Shown here: positions 16,070 through 24,885 of the stretch, piece after piece | How the letters are laid out: each line of letters begins with the position of its first letter | Position numbering within the stretch: position 1 is the first letter of the stretch | Origin: a virus | Strand: one strand, 5' to 3' | Length of the DNA: 64,000 nucleotides | IMG/VR virus record: IMGVR_UViG_3300046697_000300 | Span: 1-64,000 of that record | Position numbers and translations under genes: made by a program | Notes under the pieces: model-generated | Databases searched by the model: none | Told to the model about the DNA's origin: nothing | Seen by the model: only the letters and a program-made list of their open reading frames with translations

Positions 16070-18589
16070 TTAATTCGCGCTACAGGCAATAGCGTAAGTG
16101 CCGCCAGCCGTTGCGGTGTGTGTAACCGTTACCGTCCCCGTTGTTGGCACAACCGCCGTCCAGGGGACGATTGTGGTTGTGCTGTTCTGTGTTGCCGTGC
16201 AGTTGCTCGCCGACGTTACCCAAGAACAGGCGAGCGCGTCTGTCGTCGCAGCCGTGGTTGTTAATGTTCCACAATTCTCAAGCAGTTTCGACGAGGAAGT
16301 AAGAAGGGAACTGTCAGGAAATTCGAGGCCATTTGAAGGGTGAAAATATGGCGTTGTTTCATTTTGCCAGTACGCAGCATAACCGCTGCCGGTTTCGGCG
16401 TAGACACGGTCACCACTAACCCCAGCATCTAGGCAGAGGCCGCTTGCATAGGAGCCAAACGCCCCGAAGAGAGCGCAGTTCTTGTAGCCCGTGGTCGATA
16501 CCTGTAATCCGTTGTTTGCGCCTCCGTTAGACCCCGCTACAGATGATCCGTTTGGATAAAAACCGTTGCCATAAAGATCAAGCGAAGTGTTTATCCTGCT
16601 GCTGGCATCAATGCTGTTGATGGTCATTATTGCATCGGTAAAGTACGCGGAGCACGTACCCGATGATGAGCTTATCGTCACTGTCATGTCGTAGACGGCG
16701 GAGTTTTGTGGGAGTCTGATAGGGCTTCCGAGTATCCCAGCTGTCCACACTCCGGCAACATTCACGGTGTTTGCGCCACCGCTGGTCCCGGAAATTGTTG
16801 AGCCAGATGAGTCTACTGCGTAAGAGTTGACGCTGGAAGTACACCCTGAACCCCATGAGCTAGTCACACCCTGAATCTGGAATGTCCCTCCGACAACCGC
16901 GCCGGTAGGTACTTTGAGTTGCTGATAAATTTCGACTGTCTGCCCAGAAGTCGCAGTCAGTTCCGCTCCATAGGCGCCGGAATGAAGCGCTGCGGATGTA
17001 ACTGAAACCGTACCCGTTGACGATAGTGTTGTTGACCATCCAGTCAAGTCCCCGGTGCGAAAGTTCCCGTTTGTTAGAAGTGATTTATAGGCACCCATTG
17101 CCACGAACCCATAGTTAGATGGATCATTGTCGAAAGTGCCGACGAACGGCCCACCAAGATTTTCCAGCTGGCGTCCTACTGGCGCAGTCACATTGAGATC
17201 GGGGCGATAACAAGGACCGGCCACTCCTTGTAGGGTCGTGTTGGGTCCAAGGACGATCCCATAGGTAGCCGTAACGCTTGGAGCAACGCTGAAATAGGTG
17301 CTTGTAACGTAACCAGAGGGCGGGCAATCTGTTGTGAAAAGCGTGTTGTCTATATAAAGCGGGCCATCGCCTCCTGTTACCGATACATAGTGAGGCAACC
17401 AAGTTCCGAAGTCACCACCCCCGGGATTCTCGAAATGGCTTCCGTGCACCCAAGAAGTACCATTCGTTTGAGAAAGTTCCACGTTGTCAAATGAATCGTT
17501 ATTGAAGTGGATTTCCCCATCGCTAACTATTACAGGACCGCCGTCAGCGAACATCATGTTTTCGAAAACCATGTTTTCGCCGAAATTATCTCCTGGTCCC
17601 GGTGTACTCATTGAGAGAGTTTTTGCATTGTCGGCCCATCGCCCGTTTTCAGTCTTGATTCGCCACACGTTATTGTACATCACCGCCGCATTTGTGAATC
17701 CATAGATATTTACCGAATCAATAACTTGAGTGTTAAACCAGTGGGTGCCGTCGCCATAGTGCAGCCCATCCATCGCAAAGTACAAACCAGGTGAGGGATA
17801 ACCAAGTAGGGCAATCCCCTTTATCGCGTACCCAAATACGCCGTGCATCGGGTAGGTAGGATCTGATTGATACATGGTAATTCCCGCGACTCCCTCGCCT
17901 GCATCGGCATTCCACTGCAAAATCGTATGTCCGCCGTTGGAGTACCATGGGGCCTCATCTGAGATGACAGTAAAGGAGCCATGCACAACGCAGATAGCAT
18001 TGGAAGGAAATTGGAGGGAGGAAGAGGCCGCCTGCGCAGCCGTGTTAGCGGCAGATATTGCAGTTGTATCATCCGTAGAGCCGTCACATTTAGCGTTGTA
18101 TGGGGCTGCAATCACGCTGATTGATCGATTTATGCTCGATACCGCACTGGCAGCCGCGACGGTGCCTGTGAACGATGCGCTTGTACCATTGAGTGCGCCG
18201 GTCAGCGTGCCACCGGAGAGAGGGAGGTAGGTGCCAGTCGAATTGATGGTCACCTCCCCAGTCCCGCCAGATGGAGTGATAGTGATGTTCGATCCAGGGA
18301 TGATCTGCGTCACCCCGCCGAACCCCGAGCCGAGGCAAGCGGAGAGCGTTACGCATGGCGTCCACTGGCCGAGCGACGTGTTGAAGCCGTAAAAGGCAAA
18401 AGCCTGCGGCGTACTCTGCGCAGGCTCCGAGGTCGATGGGTTGGTGATCTTCTCAAACTGGCCGGCGGTCGCGTTCCACTGGTAGAGCGCGATCGGCGTC
18501 GGCTGCAGCCCGATGACCTGGCCTCGCACACCGAGCGCAGCGCACGCGGCAAGCGCAAGCAACCCGACAATCCTCGCGAGGTTTCGCAC
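16070..18589 (-). CDS. exported tailspike-like / pectate-lyase-fold protein
   Basis: Signal peptide RNLARIVGLLALAACAALGVRGQ. NAKCDGSTDDTTAISAANTAA matches the N-terminal motif of pectate-lyase-superfamily (tailspike-type) proteins. GTG 18589 (after AAGGG) preferred to TTG 18604. Confidence 0.7.
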   Translation of the reverse strand: MRNLARIVGLLALAACAALGVRGQVIGLQPTPIALYQWNATAGQFEKITNPSTSEPAQSTPQAFAFYGFNTSLGQWTPCVTLSACLGSGFGGVTQIIPGSNITITPSGGTGEVTINSTGTYLPLSGGTLTGALNGTSASFTGTVAAASAVSSINRSISVIAAPYNAKCDGSTDDTTAISAANTAAQAASSSLQFPSNAICVVHGSFTVISDEAPWYSNGGHTILQWNADAGEGVAGITMYQSDPTYPMHGVFGYAIKGIALLGYPSPGLYFAMDGLHYGDGTHWFNTQVIDSVNIYGFTNAAVMYNNVWRIKTENGRWADNAKTLSMSTPGPGDNFGENMVFENMMFADGGPVIVSDGEIHFNNDSFDNVELSQTNGTSWVHGSHFENPGGGDFGTWLPHYVSVTGGDGPLYIDNTLFTTDCPPSGYVTSTYFSVAPSVTATYGIVLGPNTTLQGVAGPCYRPDLNVTAPVGRQLENLGGPFVGTFDNDPSNYGFVAMGAYKSLLTNGNFRTGDLTGWSTTLSSTGTVSVTSAALHSGAYGAELTATSGQTVEIYQQLKVPTGAVVGGTFQIQGVTSSWGSGCTSSVNSYAVDSSGSTISGTSGGANTVNVAGVWTAGILGSPIRLPQNSAVYDMTVTISSSSGTCSAYFTDAIMTINSIDASSRINTSLDLYGNGFYPNGSSVAGSNGGANNGLQVSTTGYKNCALFGAFGSYASGLCLDAGVSGDRVYAETGSGYAAYWQNETTPYFHPSNGLEFPDSSLLTSSSKLLENCGTLTTTAATTDALACSWVTSASNCTATQNSTTTIVPWTAVVPTTGTVTVTHTATAGGTYAIACSAN

Positions 18590-18606
18590 GTTCCGCCCTT
18601 TCAAAA

Positions 18607-18879
18607 CTACTTAGGTTTCGCCGGCTCCGCCGGTTTCGCCGCCTTGGCTGCCGCGGCATCCTCCGCCGCGATCCGGTCCAGCCAATGCTGGCACTCCTGA
18701 ATTGCGCCGGCGATTGCCTGCACGTTAGCGATGGCCTGCTGTTGCTGCTGTTGTAGCTCGAGCAGCCGCCGCTCAATGTCTTCGCGCTTGACGACTGAGG
18801 CCCCCGTCGGCGCTGCCGGCGCTGGAGCCGCCGGCTTTGCCTCCCCCCGTACTCGTATTTCACTGAAGTCTTCCACCAC
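18607..18879 (-). CDS. hypothetical coiled-coil protein with a Q6 run
   Basis: 90-aa ORF, GTG start, overlaps the upstream gene end by 20 nt. Confidence 0.5.
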   Translation of the reverse strand: MVEDFSEIRVRGEAKPAAPAPAAPTGASVVKREDIERRLLELQQQQQQAIANVQAIAGAIQECQHWLDRIAAEDAAAAKAAKPAEPAKPK

Positions 18880-20746
18880 CCGTTATGCTCACGTTGCCGC
18901 TCATTCCCGCATTCGATGAACTGCCGCCGCCCTGATACTCCAGGGCTCCTATCGCTGGGGGATTTGGGCGCGTAAACTGCTGAAAGTCCCAAGTCAAATA
19001 TGTATTGCTGGCTCCCTGCGACTCCACTGGTCCTACTTGAACCCCCGCGCCGATGGCGGGACTGGTCGCCTGCAATTCGTAGTGCGTCCATGCTCCGTCA
19101 GCGGCGCTGACAAACAACGGATTCTCAATCGTGCCGTATGTCGCGGCGGGCGTTGTACTCGATGGCGTGGCTGCGCTGTAGAAGATGTTGTTTGATCCGG
19201 CCAGGGTGCCATTGGTTCCGTTAGCCGCGAAAAATACGTTCTGGCTGCTCGTATAGGTGTAGGCAGGCTGATAGATGATGTTGTTCGTGAAGTTGTCGGT
19301 GACGTTGTTCTGCGAAGTATTAACCTGGATGGCCCCCGACTCACCCTCGCCAGAAAAAGTGTTCAGAATCGAGGAACAATCGAACATCGTATTGTTATAG
19401 AAGTAGACGGTTCCCGCGCCAGTCGCCGTACCGCTTCTTTTATCCGCGATGCAATTATGGGGATTGTCCGTGCCCCCATCAGACGCTCTGGCTAGTCCGC
19501 AGTGGTGCAGGATGTTGTTGTAAACCAGAATGTATCCCGACGACGGATCGATGGTCGCCAGGTTGATGCAACTCCCGTTCACGTCTGCGATGTCATTGTC
19601 GTGAATGGAGAAGTTATAGTATCCCGATGAACTGTCCTGATTGACCTGAAATCCATTGTACGCGGCAGTATTGCTAATTCGGTTCCACGCAAACTCCCAC
19701 CCATCTCCCGTAAAGTAGACATCGTGGAACTGTTTATTGGAGCCATTTGGAAGCGCGGTCGTGTTGTTGGAGATATTCACGATATTATTGCCGAGGGCTT
19801 CTATTCCGCTCACATACGTAGAAGCTCTGACATCAGCCGCTTCAATTCCCCCACCCGCCTCGTTGTAGCAATCCGGGCACTCCAGCGTGTTGCCCACAAT
19901 ACGAAAATAATCCCACGCATGAAGCGCAGAAGTGTTCGATCCCTGCCCAATCAGTGTCATGCCAGAGATCACAGTGTAGCTCGCGTCTCCGGTGCTGCCG
20001 ATGCCATTCATGCTGTCAACTGTCCCGCCAAGAATCGCTGTAGCCCCAGGTCGTGCTTGAATTGTGATGAAGCTGGAGGATGTCCACCCACCTTTATCCA
20101 TTGTCAAGGCCCCACCCTCTCCGCTACCAGCGAAATACGGATAGTTGACGCCATCCAGAAAGACAAGGACATCTCCATTGGCGATGCAATGGTAATAGGT
20201 GTACGGGGTCCGATAAGTTGAATATCCTCCGCTTGTAACCGGCACATTCGTACTTGTCAGCGTCCACGGGCTGCCGTACGTGCCACTTCCACCCGCCCCG
20301 CCGCCCGCCGTGCCGTTCTCGATTGTGGTGCAATTGCTGCCTGGAGTATCATTTACGATCCCCGAACCGATGAACCAGATGTTGCCACTGCGTACCGTAA
20401 ACGTAAGGTTGGAGCAGGAACCACCGGAAGTCGTAACTACGATATTGCCTGTGCCAGTTGTTCCGCTGGCAATCTGTACGCTGATCTGGTCGTGCTCGCC
20501 GGTCACATCGTTGTTTGAACCCCACACGAGATACTGCGCCACGGGCGTGCCGTTGACGGTCACTGTAGACGTTCCCTGGCTCGATCCGAAATTGTGGCCG
20601 TAGATGCTCAGGTAGATTCCATCGCCGCCTTCGCCGCCCGTCGCCGGTCCAGAGAGCACGTCCTGATACAGACAGACAGGAGCGGCTGCAAAAAGTGGAA
20701 GCGTGGCGAAGAGCACAGCAAAGAGAATAAGTAGTCGTTTTATCAT
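18860..20746 (-). CDS. exported IPT/TIG + right-handed beta-helix repeat protein
   Basis: Signal peptide MIKRLLILFAVLFATLPLFAAA. IPT-like segment YLSIYGHNFGSSQGTSTVTVNGTP. Repeated NN(I/T)x motifs typical of parallel beta-helix repeats. TAATG coupling to the next gene. Confidence 0.7.
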   Translation of the reverse strand: MIKRLLILFAVLFATLPLFAAAPVCLYQDVLSGPATGGEGGDGIYLSIYGHNFGSSQGTSTVTVNGTPVAQYLVWGSNNDVTGEHDQISVQIASGTTGTGNIVVTTSGGSCSNLTFTVRSGNIWFIGSGIVNDTPGSNCTTIENGTAGGGAGGSGTYGSPWTLTSTNVPVTSGGYSTYRTPYTYYHCIANGDVLVFLDGVNYPYFAGSGEGGALTMDKGGWTSSSFITIQARPGATAILGGTVDSMNGIGSTGDASYTVISGMTLIGQGSNTSALHAWDYFRIVGNTLECPDCYNEAGGGIEAADVRASTYVSGIEALGNNIVNISNNTTALPNGSNKQFHDVYFTGDGWEFAWNRISNTAAYNGFQVNQDSSSGYYNFSIHDNDIADVNGSCINLATIDPSSGYILVYNNILHHCGLARASDGGTDNPHNCIADKRSGTATGAGTVYFYNNTMFDCSSILNTFSGEGESGAIQVNTSQNNVTDNFTNNIIYQPAYTYTSSQNVFFAANGTNGTLAGSNNIFYSAATPSSTTPAATYGTIENPLFVSAADGAWTHYELQATSPAIGAGVQVGPVESQGASNTYLTWDFQQFTRPNPPAIGALEYQGGGSSSNAGMSGNVSITGGGRLQ

Positions 20747-21729
20747 TACAGGCTCCTCAGAACGGTGCAGGTTGCGGCCCAGTAACCACTAGTAATGGTT
20801 CCTGAAACGGTTAGTGTTGTTGAGGTTGAATTGTAATCTTGAATCGTACCGCCATTATCCCCATCGATGTGTGCGCGTATAGTGCCGCTCAGGGCAGTTG
20901 ATGCAGTGTTCCCGTAGTCGGAAATTGAGCAAACAAGCCAGTCGTTTGCTTCAGGCGCAGTGACGGAGATTGAATATGTGGCGCCGTTTCCGGTTGCCGT
21001 CGTTGAACTGCCGATATGCAGCACGCCTGAATACTCACTGACGCAGATGCTAGAAGCGTGTCCACTCTTGAGAGGACTGGCCGTGAAAGTCATTGCCCCG
21101 GTGCGCGTGTTGGCATCGGCTCCAGTCCCGAACATCAGGGCATTGTAGTAACTATTCGCCGTCACGGTTGATCCTTGTTGCGAATAGCTGTTATAGGTTC
21201 CGCTGTCCACAACAGTCGGCGTTGGAGCAGTTCCAAGCGTGTCGATAGCTAAGTAGATCGTGCTTCCGCTAGTCGCTGAGTAACTCGCGGTTGTCAGAGT
21301 AGTTGCGCCGCTACTAAGCGTCTGTGTACATGCAGGAGTACCGATGTGAGCGATGCTGGCCGCGCTTATCGTGTACGTCGCGTTTCCCACGCTCGAATCC
21401 GTGTAGCCCACAAGCGTTGCTATGGCTTGCACAGTCTGCGTGGTTGAGACCGTGATCGGCGTGGTGTACGTGCTGGTCGTTCCGCCTGAGCAGAGATTGG
21501 CTGATTCTGTGGGCGTTGTTCCGTCCGTGGTGTAGCACAGAACCGCGAGAGGAGTCGCGGTGGAGATCGTCACTGTCTGTGTGCTGCTGTAGGTTCCTGC
21601 GCCGGGTGAGAATGTCGGCGTAGAGGCTGTAGAGCTTCCACCTCGGTTTGCCGCTGTCCATTGGCCAATCGTGTACTGACCAAACGCAGGAACAGAAAAG
21701 AGTAGGAGGAATAAAATCAGCTTCTTCAT
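20746..21729 (-). CDS. exported protein with chitobiase/hexosaminidase C-terminal-like (Fn3-associated) domain
   Basis: ATG 21729 (ATGA overlap). MKKLILFLLLFSVPAFGQ signal peptide. PTFSPGAGTYSSTQTVTIS...CYTTDGTTPT motif. Confidence 0.7.
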   Translation of the reverse strand: MKKLILFLLLFSVPAFGQYTIGQWTAANRGGSSTASTPTFSPGAGTYSSTQTVTISTATPLAVLCYTTDGTTPTESANLCSGGTTSTYTTPITVSTTQTVQAIATLVGYTDSSVGNATYTISAASIAHIGTPACTQTLSSGATTLTTASYSATSGSTIYLAIDTLGTAPTPTVVDSGTYNSYSQQGSTVTANSYYNALMFGTGADANTRTGAMTFTASPLKSGHASSICVSEYSGVLHIGSSTTATGNGATYSISVTAPEANDWLVCSISDYGNTASTALSGTIRAHIDGDNGGTIQDYNSTSTTLTVSGTITSGYWAATCTVLRSL

Positions 21730-23597
21730 CGTGCCCCCACATTGAACGTCACCGCGCCCGGAGTGCTTATTGAACTGGCCGTCTGATTGCAAATCTTGTA
21801 GTTCAGATATCCAGCAGTCGGCCATGTGTCCAAGATCAATCCACCCGTGCTGCCCCAGCCAGTTGCAGCACTCGTATCAGCGCTTGGTGTGATCAAAAAT
21901 GTCATGCTTGTCGTGACGCCAGTCATGGCGATCTGGACCGTGGAATTGCAGGTATTGGCCGAGACAGACCCCGTGCTGGTGGTAAATGTTGTATTCGCAA
22001 CTTGGATCACCGCGCCTGCTGCGGTAGGCGTTGCTGCGGCCATGTTCGCGGATGGTAGCACTCCACTTACATCCGCTGTCAGACTCACCGCCGAAGAGGT
22101 CATTGCTGATTCGTTCACACCATCGCCTGTAGCTGGTGCAGCCGCGTGCAGGATGCCCGCCGTGACAGTCGCTGGCAGTTTGAACACGTAAGCTGTGCCG
22201 CCTGTAACTGGGGCCGCGAATCCTGCGGAGTTTGCGGGGAGTGCGGGGATATTGCGTGTGCCTGCCGGTAGGCTCAATGCGGAGGGTGTCGTGCCGGTAA
22301 GCTGAACGCTCGTGAACGTGCCTGCCGCTGGAGTTGTGCCGCCAATGACCACGCCATCGATCGTGCCGCCTGTAATGGCAACTGAAGCGGGGCCGTAGGG
22401 ATTGGCGACGGAGATCGCACCGCTGGAATTGCTTATTGTGGTCCCGTCCGGCTTCACACCGCCCAGGATAGACGAGGTTGCTGTTGGCAGAGTATATGCT
22501 GAAGGCACCGCGCCACCGTCTGCTATCACGTCTCCCGAAGTGGCGTTCATTACAGCCAAATGTCCAACCGTCGCTCCAGAACCCGGCCCGGTAACGGGGT
22601 TGGTCAGCGCGGATTGTTTGCCGTTGAACGTGGCCCAGTCAGCTGAGGTTAGATAACCGTTAACAGAGTTAGTAGCCGCTCCCAATGTCGTCTGAATGTT
22701 CGCTGAGGTCGCCGCTGTTATTGCCGTGCCACTAGAGAACGCCGCGATATTCGGACTCACAGGCGAGCCGCTGGTGGTCACTGTGCCGCTACCGGAAGGC
22801 ATACAACTCCCGCCGGAACTGGTCAAGCACTTGAGTTGGTGCGCGGTCGAATCCAGATAGAGACGATCATAGGTGGATGCTGGGTTGGCTGGGGCTGCGA
22901 TCTCCAGCGCGTCCTGGTAGCTGGTTCCAGCGCCGCCGTTGAAGCCGGTTCCGCTCGCTGATGGGCCGGTTACGCCCAGCACCCCGCCCGAGCAGGCGTA
23001 GAACGTCCACGGGTTGGTGGTCACATCGACCACGCCTGTCTTCGCGCTGCAGGTGGCCGCGGCGAGGATCGTCGCCGCTGTCACCGCCGAGTCCTGCGAG
23101 TGTATGTTTGCGACCAGCTTGTACCACTCCGGGCTCAGAACGACGGTCATCAGCGCAGGTTCATGCGTGCCGCCGACCGCGTTCAAAGCCTCCTGGAGGC
23201 CGCCCGTGCCTGATTGCAGCGTAAATGTGGAGTGCTGGTTCACCGGCGCGAGGTTGACGCCGCAGCGCAAGTCTGTCGGCGTGAGGTAGCTCGACGGGGT
23301 AAGCACTTCGCTCGTAGCCTGGTTCTGGTCCTGAATCAGGACCGGAGCAAGGGCGAGCGTGTCGGCGAAGGCGTAGAACGTCGGGCTGTCGGCAAAGTCC
23401 AGTTGCGTGACCTGGCACCCGTTTACGTTCGAGAAGGTGTACGTGTTGGGCTTCTGGCCTTGAATCACCCAGCGGCCGTAGTTATCCGCGTAAACCCAGG
23501 GCGGCGCCCCGGCCGGATTGAACCCCTGAGCCAATACACACGCCGTCGCCGTCAGCGCCAGCACCAAAACCGCGAGAAGCCCGGTAAAGGTCTTCAT
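21726..23597 (-). CDS. exported fibre-like protein, paralog A (shared ~195-aa N-domain, long Thr/Ser/Gly/Ala-rich C-part)
   Basis: Signal peptide MKTFTGLLAVLVLALTATACVLAQG. N-domain aligns by eye with 23643..24650. Confidence 0.7.
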   Translation of the reverse strand: MKTFTGLLAVLVLALTATACVLAQGFNPAGAPPWVYADNYGRWVIQGQKPNTYTFSNVNGCQVTQLDFADSPTFYAFADTLALAPVLIQDQNQATSEVLTPSSYLTPTDLRCGVNLAPVNQHSTFTLQSGTGGLQEALNAVGGTHEPALMTVVLSPEWYKLVANIHSQDSAVTAATILAAATCSAKTGVVDVTTNPWTFYACSGGVLGVTGPSASGTGFNGGAGTSYQDALEIAAPANPASTYDRLYLDSTAHQLKCLTSSGGSCMPSGSGTVTTSGSPVSPNIAAFSSGTAITAATSANIQTTLGAATNSVNGYLTSADWATFNGKQSALTNPVTGPGSGATVGHLAVMNATSGDVIADGGAVPSAYTLPTATSSILGGVKPDGTTISNSSGAISVANPYGPASVAITGGTIDGVVIGGTTPAAGTFTSVQLTGTTPSALSLPAGTRNIPALPANSAGFAAPVTGGTAYVFKLPATVTAGILHAAAPATGDGVNESAMTSSAVSLTADVSGVLPSANMAAATPTAAGAVIQVANTTFTTSTGSVSANTCNSTVQIAMTGVTTSMTFLITPSADTSAATGWGSTGGLILDTWPTAGYLNYKICNQTASSISTPGAVTFNVGAR

Positions 23598-23642
23598 GGT
23601 TGCCTCGTTCCTTGTGGAGATTGGCCGTGCGCCCCTCTGCCA

Positions 23643-24650
23643 TCAATGGCAGAGGTAGGTCCAGGAGTACCCGGCGGTCGAGCTCGTGAGCCCGGCGGCG
23701 GGCGATGTCAGGGTTGCGACCGCAGGCGGCCCGATCACGGACGAGGCCACGGTAACGCCGGGGGCCACGCCGGTTGACGTGTAAACGCAGGTCGGGGCGT
23801 ACTGGTACCCGCTCGTCGGCGAGCCGGCGGTGCCGGGCGAGGGCCAGGTCAGCGTAAAGATGGGATCGGCGGCCGTTGGAACCGCAGAGCCGGTCCTGAG
23901 AGTCACAGTCCCGGTCACGCTGTTGCCAGCGATCGCGATCGTCGGCGAGGTGCCGGCGCCCGTGCCGGCCGCGACCGTGGGAGGCGTTGCACTCAACAGG
24001 TAGTATTGCGTGCCCGAGGCGTAGCCGCCCGAGCCCTTCCACACGTACTGCGTTGGCGGCGCCGTGGTGATGTCGACCACGATGGCGAAGACGCTGCCCT
24101 TGGCTGCCGCAATGATCGTCGCCGGCGTGGTCGAGGCCAGGGTCGAGTTCTGGGTTGAGATCCCGGTCACCAGCTTGTACCACTCGGGAGATAGGATCAC
24201 TTCCATCGCGTTCGCGGCCGTGAATCCGCCCACCGAGTTGATCGCCTCCTGGAGACCGCCTGTGCCTGATTGCAGCGTGAAGGTCGTATGGTTGAGCGAC
24301 GGCGCGATGTCCACGCCGCAAGAGAGCTGCGTCGGCGTCAAGTAGGTCGACGGCGTCGCGAGCTCGCTGTTGGCTGAGTTCTGGTCGGCGATCAGCACCG
24401 GAGCCAGCGCCACAGCGTTCGAGAACGCATAGAACGTCGGCCGGTTTTGAAAGTTGAGCTGCGTAATCTGGCACCCGTTGACGTTCGAAAACGTGTAGGT
24501 GTTTGGCGACTGGCCTTGAATCGCCCAGCGGCCATAGTTATCGGCATACACCACGGGGGGCGAGCCGGCCGGGTTGAATCCCTGAGCGAGGACGAGAGCC
24601 GGCGTCAGCGACGCCAGCAGGATGACTGCGAGTGCGAGGAACTTCCGCAT
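23643..24650 (-). CDS. exported fibre-like protein, paralog B
   Basis: ATG 24650 after AGGAGA. Signal peptide MRKFLALAVILLASLTPALVLAQG. QGFNPAG.PP.VYADNYGRW.IQGQ.PNTYTFSNVNGCQ.TQL is shared with paralog A. Confidence 0.7.
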   Translation of the reverse strand: MRKFLALAVILLASLTPALVLAQGFNPAGSPPVVYADNYGRWAIQGQSPNTYTFSNVNGCQITQLNFQNRPTFYAFSNAVALAPVLIADQNSANSELATPSTYLTPTQLSCGVDIAPSLNHTTFTLQSGTGGLQEAINSVGGFTAANAMEVILSPEWYKLVTGISTQNSTLASTTPATIIAAAKGSVFAIVVDITTAPPTQYVWKGSGGYASGTQYYLLSATPPTVAAGTGAGTSPTIAIAGNSVTGTVTLRTGSAVPTAADPIFTLTWPSPGTAGSPTSGYQYAPTCVYTSTGVAPGVTVASSVIGPPAVATLTSPAAGLTSSTAGYSWTYLCH

Positions 24651-24669
24651 GTCGATTCTCCTGGTGACT

Positions 24670-24685
24670 GGTCGCCGCGGCGACC
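24670..24685. repeat. perfect 16-bp palindrome GGTCGCCGCGGCGACC abutting the RBS of paralog B
   Basis: Read directly. Lies 20 nt upstream of ATG 24650. Confidence 0.7.
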
Positions 24686-24885
24686 TGAGTCCTATTGTGG
24701 AATTGGCCTTACGAGGGGTCCTGCTTAGAAATTGTAAATCTGCCAGCAGATGCGCGCGTAGCGTCTCAAAAGTCCATCCGCTTTGGTTCCCCTCACCCAC
24801 AGTGCGCCTCACATATCGCTTTCGAGGTACTGCCGGGCTCTGCCAGATACAGTCTACAACGATGCTACGACTTCTGAATATCTAT

